From Verrucomicrobiota bacterium (GTDB taxonomy: Bacteria > Verrucomicrobiota > Verrucomicrobiia > Limisphaerales > CANJXF01): a stretch of DNA of 27,310 nucleotides. The first letter of the stretch is position 1. Every line of letters begins with the position of its first letter. Both the position numbers and the translations under genes were made by a program. The notes beneath the pieces are model-generated. The model was not told the DNA's origin. It saw only the letters and a program-made list of their open reading frames with translations, and searched no databases. The DNA lies in contig JBBQRQ010000067.1 in the NCBI GenBank assembly GCA_038214755.1, positions 1 to 27,310 of the forward strand. The letters are read 5' to 3'. This document shows positions 1-9,519 of the stretch, piece after piece.

Positions 1-149
1 AGTCTCTACACCATTCTACAGATCTTGAGCCTCACACTTTTCGAGAAAACGCCCATTTCACAGGCCCTTGCTCAACTGCCGCCACCCTCGGAATCGCTCG
101 ACCCTCGATATCACCCGTGTTTACCGGGCTTTTAAACCGGACAGTAGTG
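1..149 (+). mobile_element. 3' end of an IS4-family insertion sequence (transposase C-terminus 1-135 and right terminal IR ending ~149)
   Basis: Frame 1 reads SLYTILQILSLTLFEKTPISQAL...PGF* (TAA 133-135), the typical C-terminus of DUF4372/DDE_Tnp_1 IS4 transposases. It is followed directly by ACCGGACAGTAGTG (136-149), a typical end for this group. The rest of the element is outside the window. Confidence 0.85.
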
Positions 150-150
150 A

Positions 151-363
151 AAATTTTTAAAACAGAACAAGTTCACAACCATCGTTGCCGCTTCGGAAAC
201 GCTCTTTGACCGGGGCGTGGAATTTTATTCTAAACGTCCCGATAAAAATTGGCCATTGACCGACTGTATTTCTTTCGTGGTGATGCAAGACCTCGGAATG
301 AACGAGGCACTGACTGGCGACCAACATTTCGAGCAAGCTGGGTTTCGCGCGCTGTTGAAATAA
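151..363 (+). pseudogene. C-terminal half of a PIN-domain (VapC-like) toxin, truncated by the IS4 insertion
   Basis: Not in the ORF track (no start codon). Frame reads KFLKQNKFTTIVAASETLFDRGVEFYSKRPDKNWPLTDCISFVVMQDLGMNEALTGDQHFEQAGFRALLK*, with the PIN motifs DK.W.LTDCISF and ALTGD.HFEQAGF. Confidence 0.85.
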
Positions 364-379
364 AGAAGGTGAATGTCGA

Positions 380-2059
380 TCAGCCACGCCGCAGCACCGT
401 GTCCCGTTGAGCGAACTCAGGATTAGCCTCTGGAAAATCCAAATTGAAGTGCAGGCCGCGGCTCTCCGGTCGCCGCAACGCCGAATGAATAATTAATTCC
501 GCGACAGTGGCGATGTTGCGCAGTTCCAACAAATCGGTGGAGACGATGAAGTCCCAATAATATTCCTGAATTTCCTCCTGCAAATTGGCGATGCGTTTCG
601 ACGCGCGCTGCAACCGTTTGTTCGTGCGAACAATCCCGACGTAATCCCACATCAACCGGCGAATTTCATCCCAGTTGTGCGAGACGACGACTAGTTCGTC
701 GGGGTTGCTGGCGTTGCTCGATTGCCAGTCGGGAATGGCAAACTTATTTTCCCCGGGCGCAGTCGAAAGAGATTTTTCCGCAGCGCGATGAGCGCAAACC
801 AACGCTTCCAAAAGTGAATTGCTCGCGAGCCGATTAGCTCCGTGCAATCCGGTGCAGGCGACTTCTCCCACAGCATACAACCCGCGAATTTCCGTTTCGC
901 CGTCGATGTTCGTCAACACGCCGCCGCATTGATAATGCGCCGCCGGCACCACCGGAATCGCCTCCTCGGTAATGTCGATCCCGTATTGCAAACAGGTTTG
1001 ATAAATGTTCGGAAACCGTTCGATGATAAATTGCGCGGGCTGGTGGGTGATGTCCAAACAAACGTGCTCCGCCCCGGTGCGTTTCATTTCGCTGTCAATC
1101 GCGCGCGCCACCACATCGCGAGGCGCCAAGGATTTGAGCGGATGATATTTGTCCATGAATTCCACGCCGTTGAAATCCTTCAGCACGCCTCCTTCGCCGC
1201 GCACCGCTTCGCTGATGAGAAATGATTTGGCTTTCGGATGATAAAGACAGGTCGGATGAAACTGGATGAACTCCATATTCGCAATCGCCGCACCCGCGCG
1301 ATACGCCATGGCCACGCCGTCGCCCGTCGCAATATCCGGATTCGTGGTGTAGAGATAAACTTTTCCGCAACCGCCCGTCGCCAGAAGAATGGTGTTCGCT
1401 GAAAAAGTTTCCACCGCTCCGGTTGTGTTGTCCAAAACATAAACGCCCAGGCAGCGATTTTCTAACGCGGAACTCGGAACTCGGAACTCGGAATTTCCGC
1501 GCTCAGAAGTTTCGGCGCTTCCGCGTTCCGCGTTCCGCGTTCCGCGTTCAAACCCGAGCTTTTGACTCGTGATGAGATCTATGACGAAATGGTTTTCAAA
1601 AACTTCGATGTTCGGTTGCGCCGCAACGGCGGCGAGCAAAGCGCGCTCGATTTCGCGACCTGTCACATCCTTGGCGTGAAGAATTCTTCGTTTGGAATGA
1701 CCACCTTCGCGCCCCAAATCCAACTCCCTCACTCCTCCGGATTTTGGAATTTCTCTTTCCGAAAAACGCATTCCCAATTCGATCAACTCCGCGATGCGCG
1801 CCGGGCCTTCTTCAACGATGGTGCGAACGACATTCTCTTTGCATAAACCCGCCCCGGCTTCGAGTGTGTCGCGGATGTGCGCTTCGAAAGAATCCTCCTT
1901 GCTCGTCACCGCGGCGATTCCGCCCTGCGCATAATTTGTGTTGGATTCGGCGCGAGATTTTTTCGTGATGATCGCAACCCGCCCATGCGCTGCGACTTTC
2001 AGAGCAAAAGATAGTCCGGCGATACCACTGCCGAGGACGAGAAAGTCGAATTGCTTCAT
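380..2059 (-). CDS. nadB: L-aspartate oxidase (carries an in-frame repeat-derived insertion)
   Basis: FAD-binding GSGIAG, plus [47 protein letters not shown] and [15 protein letters not shown] motifs. Confidence 0.97.
   Translation of the reverse strand: MKQFDFLVLGSGIAGLSFALKVAAHGRVAIITKKSRAESNTNYAQGGIAAVTSKEDSFEAHIRDTLEAGAGLCKENVVRTIVEEGPARIAELIELGMRFSEREIPKSGGVRELDLGREGGHSKRRILHAKDVTGREIERALLAAVAAQPNIEVFENHFVIDLITSQKLGFERGTRNAERGSAETSERGNSEFRVPSSALENRCLGVYVLDNTTGAVETFSANTILLATGGCGKVYLYTTNPDIATGDGVAMAYRAGAAIANMEFIQFHPTCLYHPKAKSFLISEAVRGEGGVLKDFNGVEFMDKYHPLKSLAPRDVVARAIDSEMKRTGAEHVCLDITHQPAQFIIERFPNIYQTCLQYGIDITEEAIPVVPAAHYQCGGVLTNIDGETEIRGLYAVGEVACTGLHGANRLASNSLLEALVCAHRAAEKSLSTAPGENKFAIPDWQSSNASNPDELVVVSHNWDEIRRLMWDYVGIVRTNKRLQRASKRIANLQEEIQEYYWDFIVSTDLLELRNIATVAELIIHSALRRPESRGLHFNLDFPEANPEFAQRDTVLRRG
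1464..1548. repeat. Inverted heptamer-array palindrome inside nadB
   Basis: AACGCGG(AACTCGG)x3 at 1464-1491 and (CCGCGTT)x4 at 1521-1548 are near reverse complements. Confidence 0.9.
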
Positions 2060-2090
2060 TTAAACAGTGGTGAAAGATGCGGAAGTCGAA

Positions 2091-2576
2091 TTAGGCGCGA
2101 TTCATTTTTTTGCATTTTCTTTCCTGATACAGGCGCCAGACGAGATAGGCGACAATGGCAACGTTCAAAATGATAACCATGACTTTCGTAGGGTTGAATC
2201 CTTTGGCCACCTCGTAGAATTCAATCGGCAAAAACGACGAGGTGATGACCACGGTCAGATATTCAGCCCAAGTCCGTTGCAGCAACAATCCAACCCCTTC
2301 GATAAAAAACACGGCGGCATAGATAAAAGTCCCTGCGCTCAGATAGGATAATTGTCTGGCATCGAGGCCCGCTACTTTTTGCACCGCTTTTTTCAAATAC
2401 TCATTGTTGGGATCGAAAAAAAACTTTTGCGCGAAACTCTCCAATTCGTCGGCGATGTTCCTGTTGATTAATTTTAAGAGCGCGAAGGCCAGAAGCAAAA
2501 GGACAATGCCTTTAAATAATTTTAAGCCGCCGATCAGATACAACATTTTGCTGCTCGGCCGCTTGAACGTCGCCAT
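2091..2576 (-). CDS. DUF2127-family membrane protein
   Basis: Four hydrophobic segments; LIGGLKLFKG and YAAVFFIEGVGLL...WAEYLTVVIT...LPIEFYE motifs. Confidence 0.85.
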   Translation of the reverse strand: MATFKRPSSKMLYLIGGLKLFKGIVLLLLAFALLKLINRNIADELESFAQKFFFDPNNEYLKKAVQKVAGLDARQLSYLSAGTFIYAAVFFIEGVGLLLQRTWAEYLTVVITSSFLPIEFYEVAKGFNPTKVMVIILNVAIVAYLVWRLYQERKCKKMNRA

Positions 2577-2582
2577 AGAAAA

Positions 2583-3431
2583 TTAAAGTGTCGCGTTATC
2601 AATCAGCCGCGTTTTGCCGAAGAAAACTGCGAGCGCCATTTGCGTTCCGCGCGTCACTTCTGCAACGGCTTCCAGCGTGGGCGGATCGAAAAATTCCACG
2701 TAATCGAGCCGCGCCTCAGATTGGGTGGAGATCATCTTTGTGATTTCTGTCTTCAATTGTTTCGCCAACACGTCGCCGCGTTTCACTTTATCTTTGGCGA
2801 GTTGAATGGCGCGCCAGAGGACTGTCGCCTGCTCGCGTTGTAATGGTGAAAGATATTGGTTGCGCGAACTCATGGCGACGCCGTCCGGTTCACGGTGCGT
2901 CGGCAAAACGACAATTTTCACGGGGAAATTCATATCGCGCGTCATGCGTTTTACGACTGCGGCCTGTTGAAAATCCTTTGCGCCGAATACCGCGGCGTCC
3001 GGCTGAACGAGGTGGAAAAGTTTTGCCACGACCGTTGCCACGCCGCGAAAATGGGTCGGACGCGCCGCCCCTTCCATCACGCGCGAAAGTTTTTCTTCAA
3101 CAACGTAAGTGCTAAAATCTGCCGGATACATTTGATCGCCGTTGGGAACAAATAAAATATCAACGCCAGCGTCGCGGCAGACTTTTTTATCGCGTTTCAA
3201 GTCGCGCGGATATGTTTTGAGATCTTCGTTCGGAGCGAATTGAGTGGGGTTGACGTAAATGCTGACGACAACTTGCCCGCCTTTTCCGACAAGCTGCCGG
3301 GCGCGTTTGACCAGGCTTAGGTGTCCCCGATGCAAACAACCCATTGTCGGCACGAAGGCGATCGGGATTGTTTGAAATTTCAATCGACGCGCGAGCCGTT
3401 TCATAGCTGCGACCGATTTGACTATACGCAT
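2583..3431 (-). CDS. panC: Pantoate--beta-alanine ligase
   Basis: FVPTMGCLHRGH, SIYVNPTQF, RPTHFRGV, FGAKDFQQ, AMSSRN and TRLIDN motifs. Confidence 0.97.
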   Translation of the reverse strand: MRIVKSVAAMKRLARRLKFQTIPIAFVPTMGCLHRGHLSLVKRARQLVGKGGQVVVSIYVNPTQFAPNEDLKTYPRDLKRDKKVCRDAGVDILFVPNGDQMYPADFSTYVVEEKLSRVMEGAARPTHFRGVATVVAKLFHLVQPDAAVFGAKDFQQAAVVKRMTRDMNFPVKIVVLPTHREPDGVAMSSRNQYLSPLQREQATVLWRAIQLAKDKVKRGDVLAKQLKTEITKMISTQSEARLDYVEFFDPPTLEAVAEVTRGTQMALAVFFGKTRLIDNATL

Positions 3432-3511
3432 AAGAAAAATTGGTGTGCTCGAGGCGAAGTATCAATGCTATTGTCAACCCATCGGCTGCCGTTTAGAACA
3501 GTCTTCCAATT

Positions 3512-4453
3512 ATGATAAAAAAAATTCGCTCGCGTCTGCTCGTCGCAAGTTTGGTCTCGGTTGTTGCAACGTTTTTTTGGGGGAGTTGTCGAACCTCACA
3601 AGCCGTCGCGACGAAATCACCCATTCGCGTGGTCGTTTGGGATGAGCGCCAACCAGCGCAGAAGTCCGCTTACGGAGATTTTTTGGGCAACAAGATTGCT
3701 GATTATCTCAGAAAAAAACCCGGCCTCGCTGTCCAATCGGTCGGACTGGACGATCCCGAGCAGGGTTTGTCCACGGCGATATTGGATCAATGTGACGTCC
3801 TGATCTGGTGGGGGCATCAGCGTCACGGCGACGTCACGCCTGCGCACGTTAAAGCAGTTGTGGATCGGTTGCAGGCTGGAAAACTTTCATTGATCGCGTT
3901 GCATTCTGCGCATTGGGCGAAACCGTTTATGGAGGCGATGAATCTGCGCTCGATTGAAGACGCGTTGAAAACAGTGTCAAAGGCCGACCGCGAAAAAATC
4001 AAAGTGAGCGCCATTCCTCCTTCGGGTGGATTGCCAAAAGGCGACACTCCGGTGACGCCCTCATTCAAGCGACTGAAGTCCGACGATGGCTCCGACACTT
4101 TGATCGTTCAATTGCCGCGATGCGTTTTTCCCATTGTAAAAAATGAGGGGAAGCCCAGTCGGGTTGTGACGTTGCTGCCAAACCATCCGATGGCGCGCGG
4201 CATTCCGGCCACGTTTGAAATTCCGCAAACAGAAGTTTACGCGGGGCCGTTCCATGTGCCGAAACCAGACGCTGTGATTTTCCAGGAGCATTGGAGCGAC
4301 AACGAAACGTTCACCAGCGGATGCGCGTGGCAGGTTGGCAAAGGCAGGGTTTTTTATTTCCGGCCCGGACACGAAACTTATGCGATTTATACGCAGGAGA
4401 TTCCGCTGAAAATTGTGGAGAACGCTGTGCATTGGGCGCATAGCGGGCAATGA
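3512..4453 (+). CDS. ThuA-like (class I glutamine amidotransferase-like) protein with N-terminal signal peptide
   Basis: IRVVVWDE, DVLIWWGH..H, LIALHSAH and GRVFYFRPGHETY motifs. Confidence 0.85.
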   Translation: MIKKIRSRLLVASLVSVVATFFWGSCRTSQAVATKSPIRVVVWDERQPAQKSAYGDFLGNKIADYLRKKPGLAVQSVGLDDPEQGLSTAILDQCDVLIWWGHQRHGDVTPAHVKAVVDRLQAGKLSLIALHSAHWAKPFMEAMNLRSIEDALKTVSKADREKIKVSAIPPSGGLPKGDTPVTPSFKRLKSDDGSDTLIVQLPRCVFPIVKNEGKPSRVVTLLPNHPMARGIPATFEIPQTEVYAGPFHVPKPDAVIFQEHWSDNETFTSGCAWQVGKGRVFYFRPGHETYAIYTQEIPLKIVENAVHWAHSGQ

Positions 4454-4467
4454 ATTCTTCCCGGCAT

Positions 4468-4500
4468 AAAAAAAGCGAAGGCTCTCACCTTCGCTTTTCT
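4468..4500. terminator. Bidirectional intrinsic terminator
   Basis: AAAAGCGAAGG-ctctca-CCTTCGCTTTT hairpin with A/T tracts, between convergent genes. Confidence 0.8.
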
Positions 4501-4520
4501 ATTGCACAAAAATTTCCGAC

Positions 4521-4859
4521 TTAGCGGCGAAACTCCAGCGGTGACGCTTGCGGCATTTCGTGGGCGCAAGGTTGGTCGATCGGCGCGTCGGGCGTGCGGT
4601 CGTTGGAGCCGACGAGATTATTTTTCAAAAGATACGATTCCACTTCTTCACCGCTGACATCGGGGAGCATCTGGCCGTTGACTTCCACACAAGGGCTGAG
4701 CATCTGGCCGCTTTTTTCGATCATCTCCTGGCGTTGCGCCATGTCGTTGATGATGTCGCGGTCTTCGAAGGGGAGATCGTATTTTTTCATGATGGCGCGA
4801 ACCCCCTGGCTCCAGCCACACGACGGTTTCAAGTAAGCAACTATCTTCGGTTTGTTCAT
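4521..4859 (-). CDS. Glutaredoxin-family protein (monothiol CGWS)
   Basis: MNKPKIVAYLKPSCGWS..., KSGQMLSPCVEVNG (cis-Pro loop). Start placed at the ATG at 4859. Confidence 0.85.
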   Translation of the reverse strand: MNKPKIVAYLKPSCGWSQGVRAIMKKYDLPFEDRDIINDMAQRQEMIEKSGQMLSPCVEVNGQMLPDVSGEEVESYLLKNNLVGSNDRTPDAPIDQPCAHEMPQASPLEFRR

Positions 4860-4965
4860 ATTAAAAATCTGGTTCAAGCTGCCACAGCGAGTTTCAACTT
4901 CAAGATTTATATCCGCCGTCTCGTTGGCCACAGTTGAATCGCGTTTCAGCAGCGCAATCGAAACC

Positions 4966-6762
4966 ATGAAACTTTTCCCCCTGATTTTTTTGGCAACTGT
5001 CTTCGCGGGAAATTCGACAGGCGCGCCAACACTTCAACTTCCCCATCGTCCGCCCGCCGCAATGTCCGGGAGCAAATTTGCTGAAACCATTCAGACCCTC
5101 GATTTGCAGAGGCGCGAAGAAAAAATCTTTACCCAAATCTCGTCAGGAAATGTTCCCAACTTTCTGCGGAAGCTTGCGCTGATTTCCGTCACCAACATGG
5201 CCAACGGACAAACCAATCTCGCCAGGTTTTTCGTCACTCCTGACTATCTCGCCATTGGCTCCGATGAAGATTATTTTCTGACGCCGATGACTCCGTTCAC
5301 CGCGCAAAAAATCGCCGATGCTCTCGATTGCGCTTTGCCGACGCGCAAAATGGTCAATCAGATTTATTCCAACGCCGCCGTCAAAATGACTCCGACGCCA
5401 ATCCCGCCAACGCCAGCGATGATTACTGTTCCCATTTTCAAGCGGCACAACGAAATCGTCCGCGGACAGCGCGCAGCGTTTCTCAAAGCATTTCCACTCG
5501 GCGCGCAGACCGCTGGCGACAAAAAGGATTTGGTCATTTCCGCGCGGCTGGCGGAGTCGCCGGGCAAAGTCGCGATCTACGGCTGGCATCAAACCAACGG
5601 AGTTCCCATTCAACCTTTATATCTCGGTCACGCGGCCTCGTGGGCCGATTACAGTCACGGCGTCCGGCTCATTCAGAAAAAAATGTTGGTCAACGGGGAA
5701 GCCAAAACAGTCGAAGAAGTTTTGGCCGATCCGAACCTCGCTGGTTTGTTGAGCGATGAAGGAATTGTTCGCCCAGCCAGATATATTCTCAAGGAGTTTC
5801 CAAAAACCGCGCCGCCCATCTCGACTGACACAAATAAAATCGTTCTCGGAGAATTTAAAAAAAGTCGCTTGTTCGATGAACAAACGATGCTCCTGAATTT
5901 GGAGCACGGCGTCCGAGTTTTAATCAATGCGCCGTCCGCCGAACGGCTGGCCTCGCCCAAAAAAATGAAACTGATTTTCTACAGTTTGCCTAATGGGAAC
6001 ACGATTGAGCAAACCGTTGGAAAAGTCACAGCGACCGACGACGACTGGCATTTCAACATTCAACACATCGGCGCGCAGACCCGATTTCTCCGCGAAAAAA
6101 TGACCAATGAAAATCTCGTGGTCGCGTATTTGGAAAACAGTTTGCAATCGTGGCCCGCGTGGCGAAAAAAATTCGGCGACAGTGCAATTGGCGAGATCGT
6201 CGAGAAAGTCACGAGCCGCTTCGAAGCGTTCGAGCCGAAAATAGTTTTGAGCGGGCACAGCGGTGGCGGCAGTTTCATTTTCGGCTATTTAAATTGCGTC
6301 GAAAAAATTCCCGCTGGGGTTGAACGCCTCGCCTTTCTCGACAGCAATTACGCCTACGAAACGGCGCTGCACCGCGACAAGCTCGCGAACTGGGTGAAAA
6401 GTTCCGACCAACATTTTGTCGTCGTGCTCGCTTATCACGACGACATCGCGCTGCTGAATGGAAAAACTTTTGTGAGTGCGGCGGGTGGAACGTGGGGCAA
6501 AAGTCACTTGATGAAAAAAGATTTGGAGACGCAGTTCAAATTTTACGAGAAGGAAATTGCGCCCGATCTTAAACAATATTTTGCGCTGAATGGTCGCATC
6601 CAATTTTTTCTCAAAGAAAATCCTGACAAAAAAATTCTTCACACCGTGCAAGTGGAGAAAAATGGTTTCATTCACTTCCTGCTGGCGGGAACCTCGCTGG
6701 AAAATGTTGGCTACGAATATTACGGCGAACGCGCCTACACCAAATGGATTCAGTCGGAATGA
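4966..6762 (+). CDS. Exported two-domain hypothetical protein; C-terminal alpha/beta-hydrolase-like domain
   Basis: Signal peptide MKLFPLIFLATVFAG from ATG 4966; nucleophile-elbow-like VLSGHSGGG in the second half. Confidence 0.7.
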   Translation: MKLFPLIFLATVFAGNSTGAPTLQLPHRPPAAMSGSKFAETIQTLDLQRREEKIFTQISSGNVPNFLRKLALISVTNMANGQTNLARFFVTPDYLAIGSDEDYFLTPMTPFTAQKIADALDCALPTRKMVNQIYSNAAVKMTPTPIPPTPAMITVPIFKRHNEIVRGQRAAFLKAFPLGAQTAGDKKDLVISARLAESPGKVAIYGWHQTNGVPIQPLYLGHAASWADYSHGVRLIQKKMLVNGEAKTVEEVLADPNLAGLLSDEGIVRPARYILKEFPKTAPPISTDTNKIVLGEFKKSRLFDEQTMLLNLEHGVRVLINAPSAERLASPKKMKLIFYSLPNGNTIEQTVGKVTATDDDWHFNIQHIGAQTRFLREKMTNENLVVAYLENSLQSWPAWRKKFGDSAIGEIVEKVTSRFEAFEPKIVLSGHSGGGSFIFGYLNCVEKIPAGVERLAFLDSNYAYETALHRDKLANWVKSSDQHFVVVLAYHDDIALLNGKTFVSAAGGTWGKSHLMKKDLETQFKFYEKEIAPDLKQYFALNGRIQFFLKENPDKKILHTVQVEKNGFIHFLLAGTSLENVGYEYYGERAYTKWIQSE

Positions 6763-6892
6763 AAAACCCATTTTGCAGCACCTTGAAAGGTACGCCGTCG
6801 AAATCGTGGAAGATTCTGTAAAGGATCAATGAAGTGAGTGGTCTTGTTGCCATTGACGAAGCGTTCCGCAGCCATGTATTTATCGTCCACAT

Positions 6893-7111
6893 ATGAAAAA
6901 GTTCACAGCTATTCTTCATCGCGGAGAGCCGGACGAGGGCGGCTATTGGGCCACGTGTCTGGAAGTGCCGGGAGCAAATGGCCAGGGAGAAACACGGAGC
7001 GCGTGTCTGAAAAATTTAACTGCCGCAGTGCGCGATTTGTTGGAATTAAACCGGGCGGAAGCGGTGGCCGGCGATCCGCAAGCCGAACAGATCGAACTGG
7101 CGGTGCCATGA
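6893..7111 (+). CDS. hicB: HicB-family antitoxin (short, no DNA-binding domain)
   Basis: GGYWATCLEVPGANGQGET motif, 72 aa. Confidence 0.9.
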   Translation: MKKFTAILHRGEPDEGGYWATCLEVPGANGQGETRSACLKNLTAAVRDLLELNRAEAVAGDPQAEQIELAVP

Positions 7112-7302
7112 AGCGTCGTGAATTGGAGCGGCACTTGCAGGCGCATGGCTGCCAGTTTTACCGCGAAGGTTCGGCACATTCCATTTGGGTGAATCCACAG
7201 ACCGGGCACAAAGAGTCAATTCCGAGACATCAAGAAATCAAACGCCACTTGGCGCGGAAGATTTGCCGTTGTCTTTCCGTTGAAGTTCCCAAAGGAGCGT
7301 GA
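7108..7302 (+). CDS. hicA: HicA-family toxin
   Basis: MKRRELERHL..HGC.FYREGSAHSIW.NP....IPRH.EI; ATGA overlap with hicB. Confidence 0.9.
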   Translation: MKRRELERHLQAHGCQFYREGSAHSIWVNPQTGHKESIPRHQEIKRHLARKICRCLSVEVPKGA

Positions 7303-7319
7303 GTCGTAGAGGGCGGCAT

Positions 7320-8309
7320 TCAGACTATCTCTTTTGCTTCCATTCCTTTTCTGTCCGGTTCGGAGAATTGGCCGTGCGCGCGAAATTTTTCGTAACGCAT
7401 TTTTAAACGTTCGCTCACGGTATGTTTTTGCAACGCCTCCAGGTCCCGAAGCAAATGCGTCTTCAATGTTTGAGCCGTGAGAGCGTGATCGTGATGCGCG
7501 CCGCCGAGTGGCTCGGGAATAATTTCGTCCACCAGTTTGAGTTCCAATAAATTTTTTGCGGTGATCTTCAAAGCTTCCGCCGCTTTGGCCGCGGCGGCGC
7601 GGTCTTTCCAAAGAATCGCCGCGCAACCTTCGGGGCTGATCACCGAGTAATAGGCATTTTCCAAAATCAAAACGCGGTCGGCGATCCCGATCCCGAGCGC
7701 GCCGCCAGAACCTCCTTCGCCGATGACCACCGCGATAATTGGCACTTCGAGCAACATCATTTCGCGCAAGTTCACGGCAATGGCCTCGGCGATATGTCGC
7801 TCTTCGGCGCCGATTCCGGGATACGCGCCAGCGGTGTCAATGAGAGTAATAATGGGCAAACCAAACTTGTCCGCCATTTGCATCAAACGCAGCGCCTTGC
7901 GATAGCCTTCGGGATAGGCGGAACCGAAATTGCGCAAAATATTTTCCTTGGTGTCGCGGCCTTTTTGCGTGCCGATGACCATGACCTTGTGGTCGCCGAG
8001 CCGCGCGAATCCGCCGACCACCGCGCGGTCATCGGCATAAAGTCGATCTCCATGCAGTTCCTGAAAGTCCTGAAAAGCGAGCGAGAGATAATCCAGAGTG
8101 AAAGGCCGTTTGGGATGGCGCGAAAGCTGGACGCGCTGCCAGGGGGTCAGATTGGAAAAAATTTCGCGCCGAATCTCTTCGAGTTTTTTCTCAATGGCTT
8201 GAGTTTCTTCAACGACATCGACGGAATTGGCTTCGGAATGTTTTTTTAATTCTTCGAGCTTTCTCTGCAATTCCATGACTGGCTTCTCGAAATCAAGCTG
8301 ATGTTTCAT
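7320..8309 (-). CDS. accA: Acetyl-CoA carboxylase carboxyltransferase alpha subunit
   Basis: MKHQLDFEKP start; RHPKRP, PEGYRKALR, DTAGAYPG, GEGGSGGALG and YSVISPEGCAAILW motifs. Confidence 0.97.
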   Translation of the reverse strand: MKHQLDFEKPVMELQRKLEELKKHSEANSVDVVEETQAIEKKLEEIRREIFSNLTPWQRVQLSRHPKRPFTLDYLSLAFQDFQELHGDRLYADDRAVVGGFARLGDHKVMVIGTQKGRDTKENILRNFGSAYPEGYRKALRLMQMADKFGLPIITLIDTAGAYPGIGAEERHIAEAIAVNLREMMLLEVPIIAVVIGEGGSGGALGIGIADRVLILENAYYSVISPEGCAAILWKDRAAAAKAAEALKITAKNLLELKLVDEIIPEPLGGAHHDHALTAQTLKTHLLRDLEALQKHTVSERLKMRYEKFRAHGQFSEPDRKGMEAKEIV

Positions 8310-8366
8310 GTCGGGAGAAAGTTTAGTTTCGCTCCGGCGGGCAGGCAAGAGTTGAAACCAATCTTA

Positions 8367-8541
8367 AATCTGAATTCCGAAATCCGAATTGCCGAAGCCC
8401 GAAAGAAGCTCGAAATCCGAAGACCGAACCCGTTTGGCCGCTGGGCCGAAAAAAGTTGTCCGAAGTGATGCCTGACTGGGAGGCATTCGGGCTTCGGGTA
8501 TTCGGATTTCTTTCGGCATTCGGATTTCGATCTTTGGTTTT
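8367..8541. repeat. Intergenic inverted degenerate heptamer arrays (CCGAAAT-like / ATTTCGG-like)
   Basis: Left arm ~8367-8428 (TCCGAAA TCCGAAT...CCGAAAGAAGCTCGAAATCCGAA); right arm ~8486-8541 (TTCGGGC TTCGGGT ATTCGGATTTCTTTCGGC ATTCGGATTTCGA). Confidence 0.8.
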
Positions 8542-8626
8542 CCGGTTAAACCCGGCACTCAACGACTGTGATTTTTCCATCTGAAAAAATAGTGTCGCGA
8601 CCTTGCGACTGTGGTTTCTTTGTTGC

Positions 8627-9424
8627 GTGAAAAAACATCCAGTGGTCATCAAAGAAAAAATCCGTCTCACCGATTTTCCGACAAACGACGACGGTGGGTT
8701 GGACAAGGAAAAAACCAAGGCGCAGATCGCAAAGATTGGCGAGCGTCTCGGCTACCTACAGCAACTTCTCTACGCCAACTCCAACCACGCGGTGCTGCTT
8801 CTTTTTCAAGGGGTGGACGCCAGTGGAAAGGACGGTGCCGTCCGCACTCTGCTCCAACACGTCAATCCCGCCGGAGTGGAAACGGCGAATTTCAAAGTTC
8901 CCTCCAGCGAGGAGCGCGCCCACGATTTTCTTTGGCGGATTCACAAGGCCATTCCGCGCTACGGCAACATTGGCGTCTTCAACCGTTCCCACTACGAAGC
9001 GGTGCTGGTGGAGCGCGTGCAAAAAATAGTTCCAAAAAAAATCTGGGCGCGACGTTATGAACAAATTGTGAATTTCGAAAAAATGCTCGTGGAAAATAAG
9101 GTCGTGCTCCTGAAATTTTATTTGCACATCAGCAAGGAGGAACAAGCCGAGCGGCTGAGAGAACGTCTGGCCAATCCCCGCAAGAATTGGAAATTTGAAA
9201 AAGGCGATCTCGATACTCGCCAGCATTGGGATGATTACATGAAAGCCTACCAAGACATGTTGAATGCGACCAGTCACGACGCCGCGCGCTGGCATTTGAT
9301 TCCGGCGGACCGCAATTGGTATCGCGATTTCCTCGTCGCCCGCACGGTCTGTGAAGTGATGGAGAACCTGAAAATGAAATGGCCCAAACCCAAAGAAGAT
9401 TTATCGAAGATCCGAATCGTTTGA
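8627..9424 (+). CDS. ppk2: Polyphosphate kinase 2 family protein (probably class III)
   Basis: FQGVDASGKDG Walker A, FKVPS.EE..HDFLWR, FNRSHYE and KFYLHISKEEQ motifs. Start uncertain (GTG 8627 chosen). Confidence 0.92.
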   Translation: MKKHPVVIKEKIRLTDFPTNDDGGLDKEKTKAQIAKIGERLGYLQQLLYANSNHAVLLLFQGVDASGKDGAVRTLLQHVNPAGVETANFKVPSSEERAHDFLWRIHKAIPRYGNIGVFNRSHYEAVLVERVQKIVPKKIWARRYEQIVNFEKMLVENKVVLLKFYLHISKEEQAERLRERLANPRKNWKFEKGDLDTRQHWDDYMKAYQDMLNATSHDAARWHLIPADRNWYRDFLVARTVCEVMENLKMKWPKPKEDLSKIRIV

Positions 9425-9519
9425 ACGCGGATCACACATTTAAATTCTGTTCGGCGCATCACTCTCATTAGCACGGCGGCTTCAGTTCTTTCATTACCAA
9501 CATCTCGGCGGGTGTTTCT

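Noticed and set aside
6838..7302. 154-aa ORF as an extended HicA
   Set aside because: The N-terminal part is the alternate frame of hicB; real hicA starts at the ATGA overlap (7108).
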